A stretch of DNA of 53,638 nucleotides, the filler included, from Porpidia crustulata (lineage: Eukaryota), in assembly GCA_964255105.1 (NCBI GenBank). It is 3 parts of 3 records of this genome, joined end to end, with 100 filler letters (N's around TTAATTAATTAA, not from the genome) between each part and the next. Parts side by side here need not be neighbours in the genome. Positions count along the whole stretch, not along the records: positions 35,893 to 53,638 come from CAXUWE010000206.1; 2 more parts are not named here. One strand, given 5' to 3'. The notes under the pieces were generated by a model. It was not told the origin of the DNA, searched no databases, and saw nothing but the letters and a program-made list of their open reading frames with translations. Below, piece by piece: positions 39,738-51,155 of the stretch. The number at the start of each line of letters is the position of its first letter. The stretch's first letter is position 1. The position numbers and the translations under genes are program-made.

Positions 39738-40305
39738 AAGGTTGGAGTATCCAGGCTGGCGTTTGGCGTATGAACGTAGGTCTACAACGAAAGCGTGGTG
39801 GGCTTGCAAACTTTGAGATGCCATGGTTTTTATAAGCACTCATTACTTTCGCAAAAGTCATGGGACTGTAAGCGGCTAGGCATAATTCAATTCTCTCCAT
39901 CAGATGAGAATGAATGAAGATTATCACTACATATGTAAGATACTGCGAATAAGATATGATGTAGCGATATCAAAGCTTCAGAGTATCTTCAAGTCATAGA
40001 AATCAAATCTTTATTGACATTGCTATTGATTTTTGCTGTCTGAAAATTTTCAGTGATTTGGGCCCATTTGGTTCCATGGTTTGTGCGACCCTTTGGGATA
40101 TTTGGTGATGAAGATTCTTGTACAAAGATTTCCATCTCGATATGATTTCTAGGAAACGAGGACGAGATTCACGTATGTAATGTACTACTCGCTCGGTAAA
40201 ATTACAAGCTTAATCTACAAAACATGGATCTTCGTATCTAAGCGTGCTAAAATAAAATATCCCCAAGCATTCAGGAATTACCTGCTATCTACAGGCCTAG
40301 CAACG

Positions 40306-41257
40306 ATGGGTTGGTCTGATCCTCATGGTTTGCTGTCCAACCTTTTACAGCCGACCCCTCTGGCTATTGTAATTACTGCTCTGGTTGTACTTTCTATCCC
40401 CCTCTTCTTACATTTGGTCATCTACCGCTCTGCTCCCTCGACCACTTTACCATCGTTCCTGCTTGTGGGCCCCAGTGGTTCTGGAAAGACTTCACTGCTA
40501 ACTCTGGTATGGGCTGATCATTTTGGGATGTAAGACGTTGGGCTGACGCAAAGTACGACTGTAGCTTGAACAGAATCGACATGTAGATACTCGCACCTCC
40601 CAGACCCCATTGAGCGTGGAAGTATCACTCCCTGTAACGACTGCGACCGCATCTTCGAAATATAGATCTACGAATGATCCATCACTACAAACATATAAGC
40701 GGTTCATGCTTGCTGATACCCCTGGGCATGGAAAGCTGAGACATCATGCCTTCGACAGCATTGTGAAACCTCAGAATCTGAGGGGAATAATCTTTATGGT
40801 TGACGCAGCAGACGGACCGGTAGCGAATAGTGATTCGAGCGATGAGGGCCTGCGTCCAGCGGCGGAGTACCTACATGATATTCTACTCGTGCTTCAAAAA
40901 CGGTCCACCAAGTCGAAAACATCGAAAGCACCACAAGAGCTTCCAGTGCTAGTCGCAGTAAACAAGCTCGATCTTTTTACGGCTCTTCCTGCTCAACTGG
41001 TCAGAAAGACCCTGGAAACGGAGATCTCTAAGATACGGGACTCAAGAAATAAGGGCTTGTTAGACTCCGGTGTTGGCATGAACGATGTAGATATCGGCGA
41101 GGAAAAAGAGTGGCTTGGAGAAGGTGGAGAGGGTAAATTCGAGTTCTCGCAGATGGAAGAATTTAATGTTCCTATTTCCGTGGCTGGAGGCAATGTCTTA
41201 GGATCGGACGGCCCGAATGTAGCGCGGTGGTGGGATTGGGTTGGCAGCAATCTTTGA
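40306..41257 (+). CDS. SRP102: Signal recognition particle receptor beta subunit (GTPase)
   Basis: N-terminal TM, FLLVGPSGSGKTSL, TRTSQ, DTPGHGKLR, IIFMVDAA, AVNKLDLFTA; intron 40507-40564. Confidence 0.92.
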
Positions 41258-42259
41258 GCAGATCAGGAGCCTTCCTTTCAGCCCTCCTAAATGATCCTGC
41301 TACCCACTATTGGTAATCAGCAACTCAGCTCTTGATCTACTGGTAAAGGTCTCCGAGCAGTCAACCTGAAGTAATCTGGCTCAGCTGCTCGTTAGCGACG
41401 CCTGCACAAGGAAGAGCAATAGGTTCTCAGCAAGGAAGCCTTTAGGTCGAGAGGCCTGTGGGTCACTCGTTCCACATGCCCGTTCGACTAGGGTGGGAAT
41501 GGGCGCACAGGGTTGTCGGTGTCGTCTCACAGGTCCCAATGTGGGTCAGAGAACTTATATATTAGGCGCCGCATTACTACGTTTCCAAAGGTGTAAGGAT
41601 GGGCATGATAAGAAAGCAACCTCAGACCAGCTAGGCTTGAACTTATGAGGATCAAGCGCTTGATTAACCAAGCAAAGGGGTACTGGCCAAGAATTCTCAG
41701 CGAATGTCCGTCTTCATGAGGAGCATGTCACCTCCAACAATCTGGAAGATCTGGTTATCTTTCCGCATTCACGTCCTTCACGACATAAAACTACCTTCAA
41801 TATGAACAGCAAATTGTGAATATCCTTGTACTCATAAATTTATTGTCCAAAATCGATTTGGCGTCAACATGCTTAACCTGTATTTATGTTATTGCATTTT
41901 ACTAAGGGAAGTGTTGTCAATGTTTCGTTAATCAATAAGCTTCCTTGTGCGATCGACTGCCTTAGTCTTGGACCACGGGCAAACGAAAATGGGAGGGCAT
42001 CGAAAATCTTTCGAAGTGACTCATTGCATGAGACTCTCTGCATATAATATAGAGTATTCAATACTGTCGCAACGCCATCCATACCTTTTTTGAAATACGA
42101 AGATAGCTACGCAAACTTGAATTCTTAACTGAGACCAAGTTCCCCGCAAAGCGGATTCTAAGATATTATCTGTTGTGAGCAGCAACATTGCTCCCGCTTC
42201 CGAGAACAGGCCGATCCTTCCCAGTCCGAAGCCCACAACCAATGCTGGGCAATATATCA

Positions 42260-44541
42260 ATGGATAAACAGACGACAACTTTCACCCCTGAGTACGTCTC
42301 TGCAGTTCTAGGGCGGACAGTCTGAACACATACTTCTGCATGAACCTTATATGAATCGTACTGCAGGGCTCTTCTATCAGCACCTCGGCGATCACCTGCG
42401 ATACCCAATAATGATGGAACGCTTCTGCTCCACACAGTCTCCCAGCACTCTTTTGCGTCTCATGAAACGACAAGCGAAATCCGAGTTCTAGATGCGGGCA
42501 CGGGACTATTGAGCGTTCTTTCGAGCAATCGACGAGACAGCGAGCCAGCATGGCTTGGAGATGGCGAGCACGTGCTCTGGTTGAGAGAAGAGGATGAGGA
42601 GACGACGGGGCTATGGATCAGAGACGCCAAAGATCTTCGCACAGAGTAAGTACTGCATTGAAGTGCGAATTTGTTTGTCATGTAATTCTTTCGTCGAACG
42701 TATCAAAGACCCTAAACTTACGAGCAACAAGTCCTTATCGAGTTGGAGTCTTTGAAGGTTCTGTTGGCTCTCTCAAGGTGAAATCCATCACGGAGGATAT
42801 GGTTGCAATCGTCGTTGCTGGCAAAGCCACACCGGACGGGACCATGTACAATTCCAAGAAAGTACCCAAGCAGCTCTCCACAGCTAGGGAACACGACTCG
42901 CTTCCGGTAAGATTCTGGAATCGACATCTAAGTACCGAGAGGAGCACAATCTGGTACTTGACATTGCAGAAAGTGCGATCTGCAGATGCTGGCGGCAAAC
43001 AACGATACGTCTTTTCGTCCGAAGGGCCCATCAATCTTCTCAAAGATACCGGGTTGCAGTCTCCGACCCTCAAGATAGGGGACGCCAGTGGGGATTTCGA
43101 CATTTCCAGGAACGGCATCATCTTCATAGCTCAAAATCCCAATGCGAATCCCGCAAAGTATTTTGGATCCGACCTTTACTACATGCCCGTCGATCCATCC
43201 GGACTCAACACATCTCTGGAACCACGATTGATCGACATGTCGAGCTACACGGGAGCCTGTGAATCCCCAATCTTTTCTCCCGACGGCACAAGTGTGGCAT
43301 TTGTGAAATTCAAAGAAGGCGCGGCGTGGTATGGCCAGCAGCGTCTCTATTTCATGAACGGTTTCGACGACCCAGATGGTTCTACATTTAACGATCCGCA
43401 ACATGTTGGAGGAAGCTGGCCCCTCTCCCCAGATTATGTCAGGTGGGGCGGTGATTCGCGCAAGCTGTATGTGCTAGCCCAAGACCAAGGCCGCTGCAAG
43501 CTTTTTGGCACTTCTATGTTGGATAAACCGGACAACAACCCAGAACCCTTGGTCGTCAAAGGTTGCGTCTCGGACATTCATCCCTTTATGGATTCGAACA
43601 AACAACAACAGATCCTTGTGACCAGATCGAGCTTCGTAGACAGCAGCATCTACTCCATCGTCGACCCGTCCACTGGCTCGGAGCGTATCATCTCCAACCA
43701 ATCCAACCTCGCCGCCGAGTACGGGATCTCGGCCTCCCAAATCTCAGAGATCTGGTTCCAAGGCCGCGGCGACTATAATGTTCACGCCTTCGTCGTTAAG
43801 CCCTCCACATTCATCCCCACTAAAACCTACCCGGTTGCCTTCATGCTCCACGGCGGCCCCGCCTCTGCCTTCCTCGACGCCTGGTCCACCCGCTGGAACC
43901 CCGTCCTCTTCGCCGAACAAGGCTATATCATCATCCTACCCAACTTCACCGGCTCCACAGGCTACGGCCCCGAATTTATGAAAGCCATCAAAGGCGACTG
44001 CCTCGGCCGCCCCTACGACGACATCGTCAATTGCTTCTACCACGTCCAGGACCATCTCCCCTTTGCCGACACAACCCGTGCCGTCGCCCTCGGCGGAAGC
44101 TTTGGCGGCTTTATGGTCAATTGGATTGCTGGCCACGAGCTTGGGAAGGAGTTCAAGGCTCTCGTGAACCACCAAGGCATGCTCAACATCTCCTCCCTTT
44201 ACGGCGTCGATGTCATGGACATGGCTTACGACTTTGGCGGCGAGATCTGGGAGGTACGGGAGAATTACGAGCGCTTCGATCCCGGTAGATTTACGCAGAA
44301 TTGGACGACGCCCATGCTGGTGATTGCGAGTGATTGGGACTTTCGGTGTCCGGTCACGGAGGGGTTGGCCGCATTTACGGTGCTGAAGAGTCGGGGGGTG
44401 GAGGCGAAATTTTTGAATTTCGAGGATGAGGGGCACTGGGTGCTGAAGCCGGAGAATTCGTTGAGGTGGTACTCAACGGTTTTGGGGTGGATCAATCGGT
44501 TTTCTGGAGTGGAAGGGGGGATTGAGTCGAAGAAGATCTAG
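42260..44541 (+). CDS. S9-family dipeptidyl-peptidase 5-like serine peptidase
   Basis: TFTPE|ALLSAPRRSPAIPNNDG, HGGP, WSTRWN, NFTGSTGYG, catalytic GGSFGG, DFRCP, DEGHWV; introns about 42292-42366 and 42646-42731; alternative in-frame ATG 42242. Confidence 0.9.
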
Positions 44542-45381
44542 TAGCCAAAGATTGCGTTTATTAATGTGATATGTGGGAATTAGACGTTGAGATTAGTGCT
44601 CCTTTGGGTGATGAGGGAACTATTTTATTATGCCATGAACAATGGTATCTCCATCTCGACACCGAAAATAACTGCGAGAGGATTGGCTGTACAGGACATA
44701 ACGACAACGGAATTATGTACTTACCCAACTTGGAGCTTCGCATCAGTGAAAAGGAATAGTCCCTGGAAACGTGTCCACTTGCAACGCCGAAGCGATCAGA
44801 AAGCTTGAGGAACATATAGTGGTGCTGTATATATAATTGTCTCTCCTAACCCCAAAGCAATATGGTTCAGATCTCGAAAATTGAAGTACTCTTTTTTGCT
44901 ACAAGATCGACTTTGGAGAAAAATCGGAGGGCTAAGACCACGATTGTACATCTTTCACACTCGTATCACGGATCTCTGGTGCCTGGAAATCATGTTCCCT
45001 GGCTGATTTTGACTCTCGTGGTCTGTAAATCAAACTTTCACGGGGATAATTCCGCTTCTGTTCCATTTGGAGTTCGACTTCTGATCATAATTCATTCATA
45101 AAGCGCTATCAAAGACCTTTGACCCATATGATATTGTTCAAGATATGGTTCATATGTTCCAAAGACTGATGATCTAGGACCACGCAGATTCCAAGGAGCT
45201 GCTTGACGAACTCATGGTATTGATTGAAGTTTCTGGGATAACTTACAATACACAGCTCAAACTAGTGGAAGTAACCCTAACCCTATGACAGCTGACCCGT
45301 TGAGGGGTAAAAATGAGTACAGGGAGTAGAGTAAGGTAGTGAGTCTGCATGCTCAGTGCGGTGACTGGGTGTTAGCTACGC

Positions 45382-47917
45382 ATGAAGATTCTCCTATGTT
45401 CTCAAGGCCTGCTACGCTCTGGAGTTACTCTGTCGTCAGTCATAAAGCGGTCTCAACTTGGTGTCAAAGTTGTTCGAATGGCTTCTACCATAGACGCCCA
45501 CGACGCCCCTCGTGATCCCAATACTCTATCGAATTACGACAGTTTTCTTACAACCCACACTACAGCCAATTTTGCCATTGATTTTCAGCAAAAATGTTTG
45601 AAGGGCAACGTCATCTTGAGTCTCAAACCCATCACTAATGCCAACACCAAAGAGTTACTGCTCGATACCAGTCACCTCGATGTGCAGGATGTGAAGGTAG
45701 ACGGTCAAACTCCGGCTTGGGATTTGCTATCAAGATCTGAACCATATGGAAATGCTCTGAAAATTAATATCGGAGGTAAAGCGCATGATACCCAAGAAGT
45801 ACAGGTCGATGTAGGTCACAAAACCTTTTCAAATGGTGATTGATGCGCGGGCAGCCCTGATATGTCATCGGTAATTCAGATCAAAGTGCAAACCACCAAA
45901 GACTGCACAGCGCTGCAATGGCTGAGCCCAACTCAGACATCCAATAAGAAGTATCCATATATGTGTTAGCAAGCCTATTCCAGAGGAACCATCAGGTCTC
46001 GCCTTTAGTACTGACTATCTCTCTATTTTAGTTTCGCAATGTCAGGCAATTCATGCAAGATCTTTATTTCCGTGTCAAGATACACCAGATGTCAAGTCTA
46101 CTTTCGATTTCAACATAAGATCTCCCCTACCTGTCATTGCTAGTGGCCTTTCCACGGGTGTGAGAGATTTTGAACCAGGTGAAGACGGGATAACGGGTAC
46201 TCTTTTGTACACCTTCAAGCAGGAGATTCCTATTCCAAGCTATCTCTTTGCCATAGCTAGTGGGTCAGTTTCATATCCATGGACCCAGAATAGACCAGCA
46301 GAGTTTACTCACGTGTGAAAGTGACATCGCAACTGCTTCAATTGGACCTAGAAGCACAGTCGCTACAGGGCCTGAAGAGATTCAAGCGTCGAAGTGGGAA
46401 TTCGAAGCTGATACAGAACGTTATATCCAAGCTGCCGAAGTTCGTCTTGACCATAGTACAGGCTAATTCAAAAAGAGAAATGCTCAAACTCTCCGCGTAG
46501 AACATAGTCTATCCATACGCCTGGACTACATATAATGTTCTCGTCTTACCACCCAGCTTTCCGTACGGTGGGATGGAGAACCCTGTCTTTACTTTTGCTA
46601 CACCTACTGTTGTATCTGGAGTAAGTCAAACATTCGAATAAGCATAGAACAAGATAGGTTTGCGGTCATGAACTATCTGGTATCCTTGGAAAGCTAAAGC
46701 CTAAGTCCGATATAGGATCGAGCAAATGTGGATGTCATCGCACATGAGCTTTCCCATAGCTGGAGTGGGAATCTAGTCAGTAATGCATCATGGGAGCACT
46801 TCTGGCTCAACGAGGGCTGGACGGTGTATCTCGAACGAAGAGTCAGTATCCAGTCTTTATAAGGAGAGAGAATGAGATTGACCCATACTCAATAGATACA
46901 AGCTGCAGTGTAAGACAAATGGTCACTCTACACAAAGTTACATGACTCATAGCGCGTCACAGGCACGGTGAAGCTTACAGAGATTTCTCTGCCATAATCG
47001 GCTGGAAGGCACTGACAGATTCGATCAATCAGTTCGGTGAAAAGCATGAATTCACGAAATTGATAATCGATCTGAAAGGGAAGGATCCAGATGACGCCTT
47101 CTCCAGTATACCATATGAAAAAGGGTTCACTTTCCTTTATCACCTGGAAAAGCTTTTGGGTAAAGACAAATGGGATAAGTTTATTCCTCACGTAAGATCA
47201 TCGAGCATATTCTCAGACGCCTGGTTATCGTCAGCTGAGACTGTTCCCAGTACTTTACAAAATTTGCTCGCAAATCTCTCGACTCCTATGACTTCAAAGC
47301 CACTCTCCTCGCCTTCTTCTCATCAGATTCGACAGCTTCCGCCTCGCTTATGAATCTCGATTGGGATGCGTGGTTCTATACTCCGGGCTTTCCCCCGAAA
47401 CCCGATTTCGACACTTCTCTTGCAGATGTCTGTTACGCCCTCGCTACTAAATGGGCAAGCGGTACTGGCGATTTCCAGCCTACCACATTAGATATCACGG
47501 GATGGTCCGCCAACCAAGTTGTTGTTTTCCTTGAGAGTGTGCAAGAGTTCAAAAGGCCATTGAGTGTAAGCGACGTTCGTCTCATGGGGAAAATATACGG
47601 TTTTGCGACGAGCAAAAATATAGAGATCGTGAGCCGCTATTTTACAGTAGGGTTAAGAGCTAAGGATGAAGAGGTTTACGTGCCTACGGCTGAATTATTG
47701 GGAAAAGTGGGGAGGATGAAATTTGTGAGGCCTCTGTGAGTTGCTAGGTCCTCTATAACATTAGTTGTGAAGTATGCTATGCTAATTACATCAATCAAGA
47801 TATCGACAACTCAACGAAGTTGATCGAGATCTAGCACTGGAGACTTTTGAGAAGAATCGGGATTTCTATCATCCCATATGTCGAGACCTCGTTAAAAAAG
47901 ACTTGTATGGGAGTTAA
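45382..47917 (+). CDS. LAP2: Leukotriene A4 hydrolase homolog / M1 leucine aminopeptidase 2
   Basis: [63 protein letters not shown]; nine introns and a 14-nt micro-exon 46896-46909; second ATG at 45478. Confidence 0.95.
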
Positions 47918-48169
47918 GGATCAAATCGATCACGGAAGGGGCAAGAGTACAGCACTTATAGCAAGATCATTTCACTACCTTGTCTAAATCGAAACTATAC
48001 CATTCTGTTGGCCAATAAAACAAATGGGTTTAGAGAACAGAATGTGGCGAAATGGCCTATCCTAATTTGCAGATGTGCATCGCTTTTTACCCAAACCAAG
48101 GCAGTTGTCGGACATATTAGTCACCGAAACTGATGATTATACTGACACCATTTTGGGCATCTTATGAAC

Positions 48170-48883
48170 TCATTCCAATCTAGAATCTCTATTAGCCATG
48201 GGTTCACGGCTGGCAGTGAAGAAAACCTTATACCTTTCAATCAAGTGTACTCCAGACGCCGTGTCCACCACACTACTAACTTCGCCTGGCTTCAGCGAAA
48301 AGGCCATGTCCTCGAACTCTCTCTGCATGTCTCCCCTACCGAAAAACCCACTTTGAAGTCCAATTAGCCCCCTCGAAGCCACGGAACTTTTCACACTTAC
48401 AGATCGCCTCTCTTTCTTGCACTACTGCAATCGCTCTCCGTCACACTCAACTCCCCTAAGCTCGTCTCCCCGTCCCTTATCCTTTTCTCATGCCCCCTGA
48501 TAATCTCGATTGCATCTTCCTTCGTCCTCGTGATCTCTGCTTCCCGCCAACTGCTCGGTCTCCGACTGTCCTTGTGCTTCACTAGCAAATGTGCGGCTCG
48601 TATCTTACCCTCTTTGGCCTGCGAGCCATCGGGGCGGATAGCCGCCCCGCTGTGATGCTGAGCCATATAGGCTTTGAGCTTTTCGGTGTCGGTGTGAGAG
48701 GGCGGCTCCCATTTCGATTCCTTCGAAGCGCTATTGAAATAGTAAGGGAGGTTTTTGGAGTTGGAGTGGCGGACTTCCCAGCCAGCGGGGAGGCCGGATT
48801 CGGACTTGGGAGAGCTGTCAGCTTGGAGGGCACAGTACAGGGCTACTTGAGGATCCATGTCCAATCCTTTTCGAACCCACCAT
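48170..48883 (-). CDS. ESS1: Peptidyl-prolyl isomerase Ess1/Pin1 (WW + parvulin)
   Basis: GLPAGWEVRHSNSKNLPYYFN..SKWEPP, HLLVKHKDSRRPSSW, SDCSSARKRGDL|GFFGRGDMQREFE, SGVHLIER; introns 48805-48880, 48351-48400, 48180-48233. Confidence 0.96.
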
Positions 48884-49212
48884 GATAGCTGATTTTATAG
48901 AAGGGAAACTAGAGCGAACGGTTCTATTGGAGCATGCAGATATATAAGTTTGAGAAGCTGGTGATGAGGGGTTCAGTTTACGAGTATAAGGCTGTTGACG
49001 ATCGGCATGTCGGACACTGTGGTGGGGCAACAGCTTGGACTAAGCCAATACTGGACATTACAGCACTGGTAGGGCTGGCGGCAGTATGATCAATTACTAA
49101 CAACAGCAACTTGCAACTTCGACCACAACAACATCAGCTTCGCGAGTGTCCCATACACTGCGTATCCAAACTTTCATCAAAGCGATATCCACTCACGGAA
49201 CACGACAGAACA

Positions 49213-49935
49213 ATGTCCGTCTCACCAGCACCATCTGACGATCGGCAAACAAAAACCCAAGAACAAATTACATTTAGGTTCTGTCGAGAATGGTGAGTCA
49301 CCTTTGGTTGATCCCCGTACTTACACACAGCTGATAGTCATATAGTTCCAACATGCTTTACCCAAAGGAAGATCGAAACACCAGTAAACTCATGTTCGCC
49401 TGCCGAACGTGCCAGTTCAGCGAGGAAGCCCAATCCTCGTGTGTTTTCAGAAACAATCTTTACAACACCGTCGGAGAAACGGCAGGAGTCACGCAAGATG
49501 TTGGTTCGGATCCCACGGTTGGTTTACCCGACTTTTGTACTCTGTGCGGGCAAGAGGTGCTTTGTTTCTACTGTGGGATGGAGGAATGCAGTGGGCCTAC
49601 AGGGGTTGAGGAGCTTGATGATGATGATTTGGCCGAGGAGATGGTGGTTAATAGTGGTTACGAGAGCACGGGGACGGACCAGACTTCTGGTGGGGTCAAG
49701 TGTTCTTGAATCTTTTACTAATCTGGCTTCTTGTTCGCAGCTGCCAAGGTCGAATAAGCAGTGCCCAAACTGTCATGAGACCGAAGCGGTATTCTTCCAG
49801 TCGCAACAGCGGTCGGCAGAAACGGGAATGGTAAGAATTTGTTTGATATAGCCTTTCATGCTTGAACATTGCTAAGGTCGCCTTGTTCAGAAACTCTTCT
49901 ACGTTTGCTGCGGCTGCGGGAATATCTTCCAATAG
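49213..49935 (+). CDS. RPB9: RNA polymerase II subunit Rpb9
   Basis: [65 protein letters not shown]; introns 49293-49345, 49518-49740, 49831-49890. Confidence 0.96.
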
Positions 49936-50108
49936 GTGGTGTGGTTTCCTTGGAAGGACGACATATCAATAAGTGGGTTTGGCGTTCGGGATCATGATAC
50001 CACGGAAGGCGTTGGTGGAAAGCGAGTGGATATGTGGACATCACTCGCACCGTAGTAGATGCAATGGGTTCTCAGTGGAATTGAAAGACATTTGGAACTT
50101 GCAATTAT

Positions 50109-50691
50109 TCATACGTGCATCGATGCTAATGAAAGGATTTTCGACCAATGTTTGTCTCGAAGCTCCGACCCCACAACGCCTAGTTTCGTTATTAGCATAT
50201 TGCCCCATACAGTCTCTAGAGGAAACATTCAACCCAGGATTTTGATCCTCACCATTGATCCTCGTCCCCAACGGCTCCCCGTTCTTCCCGATCAAGGCAC
50301 AAGCATTATCGTCGAACCGGACCACCATTCCATCCTTCCTCTGTACCTTCTTGGCCGTTCGAACCACTATAGCATGCTTGACATCGCCTCTCCTCACTTT
50401 ACTGGCGGCCGCGGCGCTCATGGCTCCACCAGGGCCAGCATCGGCCTGTGTGCGCGCTTTCTGAACAACTACTACAATGCGGTCCCCTTGGATCTGTCAG
50501 TCCACCTATCTGTCTGTGGGGGTGAAGTAGAATCCACCGATCTTCGCATGCCGCTTCATTCGTAGATTCGCAACACATTCGACCATCGTGGCGCCGGAGT
50601 TGTCGATGCAATTTAGCATCGTCTTTTGTTTTTGGTTAGCCAGTATCTGGAAGAAACTACTTGATCTTTGCCGTACCTTAAGTTGTATCAT
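50109..50691 (-). CDS. MRPL38: Mitochondrial ribosomal protein uL14m
   Basis: [60 protein letters not shown]; introns 50623-50676, 50487-50537, 50180-50252. Confidence 0.94.
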
Positions 50692-51155
50692 CGTGGCAGC
50701 ATTGAGAGACCTTTAAACCGAGAACTTTGTAGGAGTGGAAAAGAGAGGTCGGACACAAGAATTATATGAGCACGGCAGATCGCCCGAGCTAGCGCAGGTC
50801 ATCGTGGCTTCATGATACCGTCAACCCGCCTCTTCTTTGTCGCGTTGGTTTATATCTATCATGTCGTTCTCTCGGTTGCAAATTCTTTCTGTTCCGCGAG
50901 CAGTAAAGCACGTTTGCGTGATAAAGCACATTCATTAAGATTTTACCCTCCTTTACGACTTCAGAGCATACACCGCCGAGTCCGCGTACCTTCTCGTCTC
51001 AGCTTTCGGCTTTACTCTATCTGAGCCTAGAGTATGCACAGCTCTCTCAGCCCCTTTCACGGCCTAGCTTTCGTCGCCTTCTATCTTTGCGGAAAGGCCA
51101 CATAACAACTCGAGCGAAGCCAAGCTTTCTCTTTTCCTTGATCTTGAATACCAAC

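Noticed and set aside
44527..44544. Peroxisomal signal or readthrough at the DPP5-like C-terminus (..SKKI, TAG TAG)
   Set aside because: KKI is not a canonical PTS1 and the tandem stops exclude a readthrough extension; I saw no TGA-CTA readthrough context at the other stops I checked.
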